Assembly: GCA_964291285.2 (NCBI GenBank)
Contig: OZ219787.1
Coordinates: 256,001 to 320,000 of the forward strand
DNA from: Alphaproteobacteria bacterium
GTDB taxonomy: Bacteria > Pseudomonadota > Alphaproteobacteria > Bin95
Reading direction: 5' to 3'
DNA length: 64,000 bases
Both the position numbers and the translations under genes were made by a program. Under the pieces are notes generated by a model. It was not told the origin of the DNA. It saw only the letters and a program-made list of their open reading frames with translations, and searched no databases. Numbering within the stretch: the stretch's first letter is position 1; every line of letters begins with the position of its first letter. Positions 49,963 to 60,037 of this stretch are shown piece by piece.

Positions 49963-50000
49963 GGTGGGGAGGCGTGCAACGCGAAACCGGCAGCCCCGCC

Positions 50001-50864
50001 CTATCCCTTCTCCACCGTGCGCCGCTCGATATCCAGCAGCACTTCCAGGTCGATGTCCTCGTGCAGCTCGTCCTGGAGCGCGCGCCAGCCTTCGGGCGTA
50101 TGGGCGGCGGAGGAGAAGGAGGTTGCCATTTCGCGGTAGAGCGCCTTCGACCTCTCGTAGAGGGCGAGGAACTGGGTCTGCGGGTCGGCGATGATCTTCC
50201 AGCCCATGTCGGCCATTTCCTGCGCGGAGATGCCGATATCGGCCATGCCGCCGGGGCTGGCGAGATACATGAGCGGCCCGCCGAGCCGCTCGGCGACGAA
50301 GCGCGCCTCCTCGGCATTGCGCGGCGAGAGCAGCAGCAGGTCGGCGCCGGCGGCGCGGTAGGCCTCGGCGCGGGCGAGCGCATCGTCCATGTTCGAGGCC
50401 CTGACCGCATTGGTGCGCGCGACGATCAGCAGGTCCTCGCCGCGCCGGGCCCGCACCGCTTCGGCGACCTTCGCTGCCATGATCTCCTTCTCCACCATGT
50501 GCTCCAGCCCGACATGGTGGTGGGCGCGCTTCGGCAGCCACTGGTCCTCGATCTCGATGGCCTGGAAGCCGGCCGCCTCGCTCATGGCGATGGTCCGGCG
50601 CATGTGCATCGGGTCGCCGAAGCCGGCGGCGGCGTCGAAGATGAGCGGCAGCGGCGTCGCCGCGCCGATCTCGATGGCCGCCTGGCACATTTCGGTGACC
50701 GTCAGCGTGGCCTCCAGGTAGATCTTCAGGTAGCCGGTCGCGCCGCCGCCGAGATAGATGGCGCGGAACCCGGCATTCTCGGCCAGCTTCGCCATCAGCG
50801 GGTTCAGCACCAGCGGCGCCAGCACGGGCTCCGGGCCGGCAATCATGTCGCGCAGCTTCGCCAT
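50001..50864 (-). CDS. isocitrate lyase/PEP mutase family protein
   Basis: AGFRAIYLGG, PLIFDAAAGFG, IEIEDQ..PKR.HH, IVARTNA, RAEAYRAAGAD. Confidence 0.88.
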   Translation of the reverse strand: MAKLRDMIAGPEPVLAPLVLNPLMAKLAENAGFRAIYLGGGATGYLKIYLEATLTVTEMCQAAIEIGAATPLPLIFDAAAGFGDPMHMRRTIAMSEAAGFQAIEIEDQWLPKRAHHHVGLEHMVEKEIMAAKVAEAVRARRGEDLLIVARTNAVRASNMDDALARAEAYRAAGADLLLLSPRNAEEARFVAERLGGPLMYLASPGGMADIGISAQEMADMGWKIIADPQTQFLALYERSKALYREMATSFSSAAHTPEGWRALQDELHEDIDLEVLLDIERRTVEKG

Positions 50865-50994
50865 TCCTCGGCTTCTCCTCGGCGGGGGACTCGTGCGAGT
50901 CTGCCGCTCCCGCCGCCGCCGGACAAGCAGGGCCGGCCGGGGAGTTGCGTTGAAACCGGGTCCCGTCATGCCCCGAACCGCCATGCCCTCATAT

Positions 50995-51176
50995 CGTCAT
51001 GCCCGGACGCCCCTCTCCGTCACCCCGGACTTGATCCGGGGTCCATCCCTGACCGTTTGCGCCCGCCGCGGCCGTTCGAGGCGGGATACAACCGTCTGCG
51101 CCTGCCGAGAGAGCCGGAGCTGGACCCCGGATCAAGTCCGGGGTGACGGGTGGGGCAGGCAGGTCCGGGCATGACG
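50995..51176. repeat. nested inverted REP-like doublets
   Basis: Inner arms GTCACCCCGGACTTGATCCGGGGTCCA (51019-51045) and its exact reverse complement (51121-51147); outer arms CGTCATGCCCGGAC (50995-51008) and GTCCGGGCATGACG (51163-51176). Confidence 0.82.
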
Positions 51177-51205
51177 GAGGGGCGGCGAAAGGGACGCGGC
51201 TGCCG

Positions 51206-52591
51206 ATGACCGGCGCAGACATCGCCATCGTCGGGCTGGGCCCCGTGGGCGCGACACTCGCCAACCTGCTGGGACGCCTCGGCCTCCGGGTCGATGTGTT
51301 CGAGCGCGACCTGAGTCCCTACGCGCTGCCGCGCGCGGTGCATTTCGACGACGAGGCGATGCGCGTCTTCCAGGCCGTCGGCCTCGCCGAAGAGGTTGCC
51401 GCGGGCACGCATGTCTCGCCCGGCACGCTGTTCGTGGACGGCGAAGGGCGGGTGATGCTCGACTGGTCGCGGCGGATGGAAGAGGGGCCGCAGGGCTGGC
51501 ACGAGAGCTACCGCTTCCACCAGCCGACGCTGGAGGGCGTGCTGCGCGCCGGGCTGGAGCGGTTCGCGCATGTCCGGGTGCGGCTCGGCCATGAAGTCCG
51601 GGACCCGGAGGCGCTGGAGGCGCGCTATGTCGTCGGCTGCGACGGGGCGCGCTCGGGCGTGCGCGCGGCCATCGGCGGCGGCAGCGAGGACCTGGGCTTC
51701 CACGAGCGCTGGCTGGTGATCGACCTGCTCCTGAAGCGCCCGCGCCCCGACCTCGGCGACTACACGAGGCAGTTCTGCGATCCCGTGAGGCCCGCGACCT
51801 ATGTGCGCACCACCGGCGACCGCCGGCGCTGGGAAATCCGGGTCGAGGAGGGCGAGGGCGACGATGCCGGAACGGTCTGGCGGCTGCTCGCGCCCTGGAT
51901 CGGCCCGGAGGATGCGGAGATCGAGCGCGCCGTCATCTACACCTTCCACGCCACCGTCGCGCGGCGCTGGCGGCGGGGGCGGCTGTTCATCGCCGGCGAC
52001 GCCGCGCACCAGACGCCGCCCTTCATGGGGCAGGGCATGTGCGCCGGCATCCGCGACGCGGCCAACCTCGCCTGGAAGCTGGCGGCCGTCCTGCGGGGCG
52101 GCGCGCCGGAGGCCCTGCTGGACAGCTACGCAAGCGAGCGCATTCCCCATGTGCGCGACTATGTGGAGCTTGCCGTGCGCATGGGCCGGCTGCTGAATGC
52201 GACCGGCACGGAGGACATGGTGAGCGCCGCAGCCGCGCGGGGCGAGAGCACCGACCGGATGGAGTCGATCCGCCCGCGCCTCGGGCCGGGGCTGCACCGG
52301 GGCGGGGGGCCGCTCGCCGGGCGGCCGGGGCCGCAGCCGCGCCTCGCCGACGGGCGGCGCCTCGACGATGCGGCGGGTCCGGGTCCGGTGCTGCTGCTGC
52401 GCGAGCCGGCGGCGGTGGAGAGTTACGGGGTGCCGGCGGTGGCGGCAGGGGCGGAGTGGCTGGGCGCGCACGGCCTCGCGGCGGCGCTGCTCCGGCCCGA
52501 CCGCTATGTGTTCGGCGTCGCGGCAACACTCGACGAAGCCGCCTCGCTCTGCGAAACCTATGCGGCGGAGACCGGAAGGGCGAACGCATGA
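51206..52591 (+). CDS. FAD-dependent monooxygenase, MhpA-like
   Basis: IVGLGPVG, PRAVHFDDE.MR, VGCDGARS, AGDAAHQTPPFMGQGMCAGIRDAANLAWKL. Confidence 0.88.
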   Translation: MTGADIAIVGLGPVGATLANLLGRLGLRVDVFERDLSPYALPRAVHFDDEAMRVFQAVGLAEEVAAGTHVSPGTLFVDGEGRVMLDWSRRMEEGPQGWHESYRFHQPTLEGVLRAGLERFAHVRVRLGHEVRDPEALEARYVVGCDGARSGVRAAIGGGSEDLGFHERWLVIDLLLKRPRPDLGDYTRQFCDPVRPATYVRTTGDRRRWEIRVEEGEGDDAGTVWRLLAPWIGPEDAEIERAVIYTFHATVARRWRRGRLFIAGDAAHQTPPFMGQGMCAGIRDAANLAWKLAAVLRGGAPEALLDSYASERIPHVRDYVELAVRMGRLLNATGTEDMVSAAAARGESTDRMESIRPRLGPGLHRGGGPLAGRPGPQPRLADGRRLDDAAGPGPVLLLREPAAVESYGVPAVAAGAEWLGAHGLAAALLRPDRYVFGVAATLDEAASLCETYAAETGRANA

Positions 52592-53754
52592 AAATCACGA
52601 AGGTGCGGGCGGACTGGCTGCATGTGCCGATCCCGGAAGAGCGGCAGCACCGCAGCGATTTCGGCGTGACGCGCGCCTTCGACTCGACCCTGGTGCGGGT
52701 CGAGACCGACGCCGGCATCACCGGCTTCGGCGAGGCGAAGGCGGCGGTGGGCTCGGCCGGCAACAACATCGCGCTCGCCGCCTGCGTCGAGCGGGAGCTC
52801 GGGCCGCTGCTCGTCGGCGAGGACCCGCGCGACATCTCCCGCCTCTGGGACGTGATGTACAACGGCAGCCGCGCGCACTATGCGATCTCGCGCGGCCATG
52901 TCTTCCCGGTGCTGGGCCGGCGCGGGCTCACCGTCTCGGGGATTTCCGGCATCGACATGGCGCTCTGGGACATTCTCGGCAAGGAGCTGGGCCGGCCCGT
53001 CTGGCAGCTGATCGGCGGGCGCCGCCACGCCGCCATGCCGGCCTACGCCTCCGGCGGCTGGGCGCCGACCGCGGGCATCGTCGCCGAGCTCCAGGGCTTC
53101 CTCGACCGGGGCGGCTTCAGGGCGGTGAAGATGCGGGTCGGCTCCGGCGACGGCACGCTCGCCCACTCCATCGAGCGGGTGAAGGCGGCGCGCGAGGGGC
53201 TCGGCCCCGACATCGACATCCTCTGCGACGCCCACGGCACCTTCGCCGTCGCGGAGGCCAAGCGCTTCTGCCGCGCGGTCGCCGACTGCCATATCGGCTG
53301 GCTGGAGGAGCCCGTCACCGCCGACGACAAGGCGGGCCAGGCGGAGGTCCGGGCCTCGACCGACATCCCCATCGCCAGCGGCGAGAGCGAGTTCACCCGC
53401 TTCGCCTTCCGCGACCTGGCGCTGCTGCGCGCGGCCGACATCTTCCAGCCGGACCTGTCCATCGCCGGCGGGGTCACCGAGGCGATCCGCATCGAGGCGC
53501 TGGCCGCGGCCCACCAGATCCGCTTCGCCCCGCATCTCTGGGGCGGCGCCTGCACCTTCGCCGCCGGCCTGCACGTGCTGGCGGCGGCGACGAGCGGCTT
53601 CATCGTCGAATATTCCCTCGGCGCCAACCCGATGCTGCACGAGCTCGCCGTGGAGGACTTCACCGTCGTGGACGGGATGCTGGAGATCCCGGACCGCCCC
53701 GGTCTCGGCGTCACCATCGACGAGGCGTTCGCGGCGAGATACCGGGCGGAATGA
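52588..53754 (+). CDS. mandelate racemase/muconate lactonizing enzyme family protein
   Basis: GIDMALWDI.GK, AVKMRVG, WLEEP, IASGE, QPDL, PDRPGLGV. Confidence 0.9.
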   Translation: MKITKVRADWLHVPIPEERQHRSDFGVTRAFDSTLVRVETDAGITGFGEAKAAVGSAGNNIALAACVERELGPLLVGEDPRDISRLWDVMYNGSRAHYAISRGHVFPVLGRRGLTVSGISGIDMALWDILGKELGRPVWQLIGGRRHAAMPAYASGGWAPTAGIVAELQGFLDRGGFRAVKMRVGSGDGTLAHSIERVKAAREGLGPDIDILCDAHGTFAVAEAKRFCRAVADCHIGWLEEPVTADDKAGQAEVRASTDIPIASGESEFTRFAFRDLALLRAADIFQPDLSIAGGVTEAIRIEALAAAHQIRFAPHLWGGACTFAAGLHVLAAATSGFIVEYSLGANPMLHELAVEDFTVVDGMLEIPDRPGLGVTIDEAFAARYRAE

Positions 53755-54716
53755 CCACGGTCGCGGTCATCGGCGCGGGCGTTGCCGGCCTGACCGCCGC
53801 CACGGTGTTGGCCGAGCGCGGCGCGGCCGTCTCGGTGGTGGACCGCAGCCCCGGCCCCGGGCCGGACCAGTGCTCCTGGTACGCCGGCGGCATGCTGGCG
53901 CCCTGGTGCGAGCGCGAGAACGCCGAGCCGGAAGTCGTGGCGCTCGGCCGGGAAGCGGCGGACTTCTGGGCCGCGCGGGTGCCGGGCGTGGTCCGGCGCG
54001 GCAGCCTGGTGATCGCGCCGGCGCGCGACAGCGGCGAACTCCGGCGCTTCGCCCGGCGCACGGAGAACTTCGAATGGCTCGACAGGGACGGCATCGACGG
54101 GCTGGAGCCGGCGCTGGAAGGGCGGTTCGCGCGCGCGCTGTTCTTCGGCGGGGAGGCCCATCTCGATCCGCGCCTGGCCCTTCGGGCGCTGGTCGAAAAG
54201 CTGGAGGCGTCGGGCGTCGAGGTCCGCTACGGCACGGAGGCCGTTCCGGAAGCCGAGTGGACCGTGGACTGCCGGGGGCTCGCCGCGACGGACCGCCTGC
54301 CGGAGCTGCGCGGCGTCAAGGGCGAGATGCTCTATATCCGCAGTCCGGAGGTGGCGCTGACCCGCACGGTGCGCCTTATCCATCCCCGCATCCCGATCTA
54401 TCTCGTGCCGCGCGGCGACGGCATGTACATGCTGGGCGCGACCACCATCGAGAACGACGAGCGCAAGCGCATCACGGCGCGCTCCGTCGTGGAGCTGCTG
54501 AGCGCCGTCTATGCGCTGCACCCGGCCTTCGGCGAGGCGGAGGTGGTCGAGATCGGCACCGATGCGCGCCCGGCCTTCCCCGACAACCTCCCCCGGCTTG
54601 TCCGCGACGGAAGGCGGCTCCATGTAAACGGCCTCTACCGCCACGGTTTCCTGCTCGCGCCGGCGATGGCGGCCAGGGCGGCGGACATCGTGCTCGGCGA
54701 AGGAGCGGCGCCATGA
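53751..54716 (+). CDS. thiO: glycine oxidase
   Basis: VIGAGVAG, SWYAGGMLAP, RGVKGEM, RPAFPDNLP, NGLYRHGFLLAP; first gene of thiOSGE. Confidence 0.9.
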   Translation: MTTVAVIGAGVAGLTAATVLAERGAAVSVVDRSPGPGPDQCSWYAGGMLAPWCERENAEPEVVALGREAADFWAARVPGVVRRGSLVIAPARDSGELRRFARRTENFEWLDRDGIDGLEPALEGRFARALFFGGEAHLDPRLALRALVEKLEASGVEVRYGTEAVPEAEWTVDCRGLAATDRLPELRGVKGEMLYIRSPEVALTRTVRLIHPRIPIYLVPRGDGMYMLGATTIENDERKRITARSVVELLSAVYALHPAFGEAEVVEIGTDARPAFPDNLPRLVRDGRRLHVNGLYRHGFLLAPAMAARAADIVLGEGAAP

Positions 54717-54916
54717 CGGTCCGCATCGACCTCAACGGGGAGCCCGTGTCCACGGAGGCCGCGACGCTTGCCGACCTTCTGGACGAAAAGGGCTATAACG
54801 GGGCCGTGGTGGCGACGGCGCTCAACGGCACCTTCCTCCCGAAGGGGCTGCGGGCGGCGGCGCCGCTTTCCGACGGCGACGCGGTCGAAATCGTGGCGCC
54901 GATGCAGGGAGGCTGA
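54713..54916 (+). CDS. thiS: sulfur carrier protein ThiS
   Basis: ATALNG.F, DGDAVEIVAPMQGG C-terminus. Confidence 0.93.
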   Translation: MTVRIDLNGEPVSTEAATLADLLDEKGYNGAVVATALNGTFLPKGLRAAAPLSDGDAVEIVAPMQGG

Positions 54917-54922
54917 CCGGCC

Positions 54923-55699
54923 TTGGACTTCTACGGCTTCGAGCCCTCGTCGCGCCTGTTCCTGGGCACGGCGCAATATCCCTCCCCGGCGGTGCTGGGC
55001 GAGGCGATCCGCGCGTCCGGCGTGGAGGTCGTCACCGTGTCGCTGCGGCGCGAGTCCGGGGCGGCGCGCGCGGGCCAGGGCTTCTGGGAGCTGATCCGCT
55101 CGCTCGGCGTGCGCGTGCTGCCCAACACCGCCGGCTGCCACAGCGTCCGCGAGGCGGTGACGACGGCCGAGATGGCCCGCGAGGTGTTCGAGACCGACTG
55201 GATCAAGCTGGAGGTGATCGGCGAGGATGACACGCTCCAGCCCGACGTGTTCGGCCTGGTGGAAGCGGCGCGCGTCCTCACCGACTCCGGCTTCAAGGTG
55301 TTCCCCTATACGACCGAGGACCTCGTCGTGGCCGAGCGGCTGCTCCAGGCCGGCTGCGAGGTGCTGATGCCCTGGGGCGCGCCCATCGGCAGCGGGCGCG
55401 GCCTCAACAACGTCTTCGCGCTGCGCGCCATGCGCGCGCACTTCCCCGATGTGCCGCTGGTGGTGGACGCCGGCATCGGCCTGCCGAGCCATGCGGCCGC
55501 GGCGATGGAGCTCGGCTACGACGCCGTGCTGCTGAACACGGCCGTCGCCAGGGCGGGCGACCCGGCCCGGATGGCGGCGGCCTTCGCGCAGGCGGTCGCC
55601 GCCGGCCGCACGGCGTGGGAAGCCGACCCGATGGAGCCCCGCGACATGGCCCGGCCCTCCACGCCCGTCATCGGGCGGGCCGTGCTCGGCGATGCTTGA
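54923..55699 (+). CDS. thiG: thiazole synthase
   Basis: [42 protein letters not shown]. Confidence 0.96.
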   Translation: MDFYGFEPSSRLFLGTAQYPSPAVLGEAIRASGVEVVTVSLRRESGAARAGQGFWELIRSLGVRVLPNTAGCHSVREAVTTAEMAREVFETDWIKLEVIGEDDTLQPDVFGLVEAARVLTDSGFKVFPYTTEDLVVAERLLQAGCEVLMPWGAPIGSGRGLNNVFALRAMRAHFPDVPLVVDAGIGLPSHAAAAMELGYDAVLLNTAVARAGDPARMAAAFAQAVAAGRTAWEADPMEPRDMARPSTPVIGRAVLGDA

Positions 55700-56315
55700 C
55701 CCGTTCTACCCGATCTTCGACAGCGCGGCATGGTGCGAACGGCTGGTGCCGCACGGCATCCGGCTGGTGCAGTTGCGCATCAAGGACCGGGCGGAAGCCG
55801 AACTGCGCACCGAGATACGCGCGGCGAAGGCGGTCTGCGCGGCGCACGATTGCCGGCTCATCGTCAACGACTACTGGAAGCTCGCCATCGAGGAGGGCTG
55901 CGATTTCGTCCATCTCGGCCAGGAGGACCTGGACGGGGCGGACCTCGATGCGGTCCGGGCCGCCGGCCTCAGCCTCGGCGTCAGCACGCATGACGATGAG
56001 GAGCTGGAGCGGGCGCTGGCGCTCGCGCCCGATTATGTGGCGCTCGGGCCGGTCTATCCGACGATCCTGAAGGCGATGCGCTTCGGCCCGCAGGGGCTGG
56101 AGCGGGTCGGCGAGTGGAAGCGGCGGGTGGGCGCCCTGCCGCTGGTCGCCATCGGCGGCCTGACGGTGGAGCGCGCGCCCGGCGTGCTGGAGGCCGGCGC
56201 CGACATCCTCTCCGCCGTCACCGACATCACCCTCAACCCCGACCCGGAAGTGCGGGTGCGCGAGTGGCTGGCGGCCACCCGCGCCGATCAATCGACGATG
56301 CCGTTGAGCGCGTAG
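55692..56315 (+). CDS. thiE: thiamine-phosphate synthase
   Basis: [37 protein letters not shown]. Confidence 0.93.
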   Translation: MLDPFYPIFDSAAWCERLVPHGIRLVQLRIKDRAEAELRTEIRAAKAVCAAHDCRLIVNDYWKLAIEEGCDFVHLGQEDLDGADLDAVRAAGLSLGVSTHDDEELERALALAPDYVALGPVYPTILKAMRFGPQGLERVGEWKRRVGALPLVAIGGLTVERAPGVLEAGADILSAVTDITLNPDPEVRVREWLAATRADQSTMPLSA

Positions 56316-56530
56316 TCGAACGCCTCGTAGCTGTGCAGCCGCCTTTCCTCGGCGCGGCGGGCGTAACCGTCGCTCACCGGGCGGCTCAGGATGATCGGCA
56401 CGTCGGCCTCGTGCAGGCTGCCATGGGTGCGCAGCCGGTGGCTCTTGAGGCCGCTCAGGTCATGGTCCGCCTCCCGGCCCCCGATGACGGTGCGCGCGTC
56501 GGCCAGAACCGCAAGGTCCCCTTCGCGGCC
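56288..56530 (-). pseudogene. phnA: orphan 3' fragment of phosphonoacetate hydrolase (diverged duplicate of 60038-60280)
   Basis: 243-bp ungapped match with about 23 mismatches (hand count); encodes GREGDLAVL...RTHGS...[10 protein letters not shown]. Confidence 0.9.
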
Positions 56531-56721
56531 GCCCGGCCCGGCGCGCGGCTCGACGCGGACGCAGTCAAGGCCCATGCGCTGGCTTCGGCGCCCGCCTACA
56601 TGCGCCCCGCCGGGTGCACTCCCTCGACGAATTGCCGCTCGCCAGCACCAACAAGGTGGACCGCGCCGCGCTCACATCGCAGGCGGCCGCCGAGGAAGGT
56701 GCGGCGGGCGTTGCCGAATAG
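56531..56721 (+). pseudogene. C-terminal fragment of an acyl-CoA synthetase with a frameshift
   Basis: RPGARLDADAVKAHALASAPAYMRP / RVHSLDELPLASTNKVDRAAL matches the AMP-binding C-terminal motif. Confidence 0.65.
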
Positions 56722-57615
56722 CGAGGCCGTCGTGAGCGATCGCGAACGAAAGGACTTTGACCTGCAAGACCTGCGGGCGCACTTGACCACAGGGTCGAGC
56801 AAGTAAGGTCCGGCGAACTCGCCGAGGGAGACGGCAGCAGGCCATCCGCCGCGCCTTTGGCGCTGTCCGTGCCCGATTCCGAGACAGCCGATTCCTGACG
56901 CCTCTTATCTCGGGCGGCCTGACCTACACAGCTGCCAGGAGCGGTACCTGTAAGGCGATTACCCTATCTGTACATCTAACCATTTATTGACTACCCACCA
57001 CCTTACCCTACTTTACCCGCAGGTCCAAGACCTGAAGACCCGTCAGATATTTGACATTCAAGTCCCGAATATTGCTTCCCGAAATACGACTTAATGGTAA
57101 CTCTATAAGCGTCGAAAAATTCTCCCACAATACCGGCGCTATGGTAACTCTGTATTCAGTTTTTCCATCCAATTTTTTGATCCGATCTGCATCCGATTCT
57201 GGTACAAAGGCAATCAAGTTTATATCACCTCCCTTATGGTGATGAACCTCAATGAATTGTCCTGGCACTCGATTGCCTTTATGTGATTTCGTGCTAAGCG
57301 GACTTTCGATACGCAATCTTATATCCAGATCAAAAAAGGATATAAAAGAGTAAGTGCCCGGAGTGGAATCTCTTAGTTCCTTATCCGACTCAATAGTTCT
57401 AATCTCCTTCAACATGTATTTGGAACGTAATTTTTCAACCTTCTCGGCAACAATATCTTCCGACAAGCCATAATGTACAACTAAATTAACAGGCTTCTTC
57501 GGCCTTTCTGAAGCCCCCGGCTCTGTGCTCACTGGTTTCTCAATAAGGTCCTTCTCAACGACTACAGGTCTTGTAGAAGAAACTTCATTCTCATTTGACT
57601 CATCTTCATCATCGC

Positions 57616-58400
57616 CTAGGTCCTGTGGACGGATTTGATCAAGATGAAGGCAGCGGCGAGTGCGACGAAGGAGCTGAAGTTTGTGGCGGTCTTTTCGCAG
57701 CGCAGGGCGATGCGTTTGAAGCGTTTGAGCTTGCCGACGGCCTGTTCGATGCGCGCCCGTCCTCTGTAGAGCGCGCTTGCGAAGCGCTTTGGCCTGTTTT
57801 TGATGTTCTTCCGGTAGGGAATGACGGTCAGGGCGCCTCTTTTCCGGGCGAGTTGGCGGTTTCCGGCGCTGTCATAGCCCTTGTCGGCGACGATGGCGCG
57901 GGGCCGGACATCGGGGCCGATGTCCATCAGGGTCTCGAAATGCGGACTGTCGGCTGCCTCGCCGCCGGTCAGGTCGAAGGCGATCGGCAGGCCGTCGAAA
58001 TCGGTCTTCAGGTGGATTTTGGTGCTGAAACCGCCCCGCGAGCGTCCAAGCGCCTGACCCTGCTGCCCCCTTTTGCGCCGGCCGCCGATACATGCGCGCG
58101 GGTCACGGTCGAATCGAACATCTGAACCAGGTGCGCCGTGCTGCTCAAATCCGCCAGCGTGGCGAAAAAGTCCTCGAACACCCCTGAACGGCTCAGACGG
58201 TGAAAACGCCGCCATACCGTATTCCAGTGCCCGAACCGCTCCGGCAGCGCCCGCCAGGTGATGTTGTGAACCGCAAAGAAGTGCAGCGCCTCCAGAAACA
58301 GACGGTCGTCCTTCGCCTTCGCACCCCGCCTCGGAAGGCAAAGCCGGAAAACCTCCAGCGCAACCTCCCAGTCTCCATTCGTCATCTTCGTCGACATCAA
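57616..58400 (-). CDS. IS5 transposase with a probable programmed frameshift
   Basis: OrfA WRALPERFGHWNTVWRRF..DSTVTRAH; slippery AAAAGGGGG near 58066-58074; OrfB LGRSRGGFSTKIH, ADKGYD, RIEQAVGKLKRFKRIALR. Confidence 0.88.
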
Positions 58401-58493
58401 CGAAACCCCCGAATCGCCGACGCCTCATGATTCAGACAAATCCTCGCACGGGAATCCCTGAACACGCTCCTGAGTCAATACGTCCACAGGGCC
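57619..58493 (-). mobile_element. IS5-family element (IS427-like), two-ORF transposase
   Basis: IRs GGTCCTGTGGACG / CGTCCACAGGGCC; TA duplication (57617-57618, 58494-58495). Confidence 0.9.
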
Positions 58494-58729
58494 TAAGGGT
58501 TGATGAATATTTTCTGCCTTCTTCGTGTATTCTACAAGTCCCCACAACACTTTTACGTCAGTGCCAGGTTCGGCAGTGAAATGCGCTAATACCCAAACAA
58601 GTATGGCCAGAAAAATTGCAATAATAATTGATAGTAAAACTCCAATCTTTTGTGCTATTTCTTGGAAAATACTGGCAGCCATTTTATTCGCCTAAGTGCG
58701 CAATAGGCCTTGCTTCTTGTTGATCTCTA

Positions 58730-59660
58730 GAGCCTGACCCAAAAAGAGTTGAGCGGTTTCAAGGGATTGTGATTCAGTTCGGTTATGCATCTGAACGGAG
58801 CCACGAATGCCCTGGACCGAAACCGCTCGCCGGGAGTATCGGCGGGACTGCCCACGATATGCAAGCGATCTGACCGACGCTGAGTGGTCTCTGATCGAGC
58901 CCTTCATGCCGTTGCCCTGCCGTATCGGTCGCCCGCGCCAGACCGATCTGCGCGAGGTCGTAAATGCGGTGCTGTATATGGCCACGACCGGTTGTCAGTG
59001 GCGCCAGCTGCCGAAGGACTTTCCGCCGGTCTCGACGGTGCAGCGCTATTTCTACGAGTGGCGCGACAACAGGCTGTGGCAGACGATCCGGTTCCACCTG
59101 GCCGTGCAGGCGCGCGAACGCGAGGGGCGCGAGGCCCAGCCGAGCGCGGGCGTGATCGACAGCCAGACGGTGAAAACCACGGAGGCAGGCGGGGTTAGCG
59201 GCTATGACGCCGGCAAGAAGGTCAAAGGGCGCAAGCGCCACGCTGTCGTCGACACCATCGGCATGCTCTTCGGCCTCGTCGTACATGCCGCCGACGTTCA
59301 GGACCGCGACGGCGCCCCGGCCGTGCTGAAATCCATCCGCCACGCCTGCCCCTGGCTGCGTCATCTGTTCGCCGATGGCGGATATGCCGGGCCGAAACTG
59401 CGCGGCGCCCTCGACAGGATCGGCAAGTGGACGCTCGAAATCGTCAAACGCTCCGACACCGCCAACGGCTTCGAAGTCCTCCCCGGACGATGGGTCGTCG
59501 AACGCACCTTCGCATGGCTCGGGCGCTGCCGCAGGCTGGCAAAAGACTGGGAAAAATCCATCGCCTCAAGCGAAGCATGGATCAACATCGCCCATATCCG
59601 GCTCACAACACGCCGACTCGCAAGGCCTTGAAAAACTTCAGCGAGTTTCGAGTCAGGCTC
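58730..59660 (+). mobile_element. IS5-family element (IS1031-like)
   Basis: IRs GAGCCTGACCC / GAGTCAGGCTC; inserted at a CTAG site (TA or CTAG duplication, ambiguous). Confidence 0.9.
58807..59631 (+). CDS. IS5-family transposase
   Basis: YASDLTDAEW, GCQWRQLPKDFP, IDSQTVK, GYDAGKKVKGRKRH, ADGGY, RWVVERTFAWL. Confidence 0.95.
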   Translation: MPWTETARREYRRDCPRYASDLTDAEWSLIEPFMPLPCRIGRPRQTDLREVVNAVLYMATTGCQWRQLPKDFPPVSTVQRYFYEWRDNRLWQTIRFHLAVQAREREGREAQPSAGVIDSQTVKTTEAGGVSGYDAGKKVKGRKRHAVVDTIGMLFGLVVHAADVQDRDGAPAVLKSIRHACPWLRHLFADGGYAGPKLRGALDRIGKWTLEIVKRSDTANGFEVLPGRWVVERTFAWLGRCRRLAKDWEKSIASSEAWINIAHIRLTTRRLARP

Positions 59661-60037
59661 TAGTGTGTCAAGAAGTTTTGCAAACATCATCGCTAGTTGT
59701 GATGTACTCACCATAATCGCTTATGGTGGCTGAAGGAGTTGTCGGGCTCGTGCCACGATCTACTCTCTGACTGTAGTTACCCGTTCGACACACGCGCAAT
59801 CAAATGTGCTTCGAAAGGGCTTTCATCTCCGCCTAGTCGGCGAAGTGCCTTTATGACCGCCCTCCACATGTCCTTCCCTTCCTCTTGTGCACGATTTCGA
59901 AGACTCTCCGGCAGCGCTGGTACATCGTCTTCACCAGCATCATCCAATGAAGGTTATGTCAAGCATATCGTCGAGCCGCGAATGGTTCCAGCTTTGTTAA
60001 GGACGGTAGTCGGACGCCGCCGGCATAAGGCTTCAAC

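Larger units (their letters stand above)
57008..58682 (-). pseudogene. low-GC membrane-anchored hypothetical protein (265 aa reconstructed) split by IS5
   Basis: Removing the IS and one TA joins ...ENIHQPL to GDDEDESNENEVSSTRPVVVEKDLIEKPVSTEPG... in frame with the 57008-57532 ORF. Confidence 0.8.

Noticed and set aside
59664-60037. Short ORFs between IS5 and phnA
   Set aside because: Fragmentary frames of under 60 aa on the minus strand and no recognisable motif on either strand; probably remnants.
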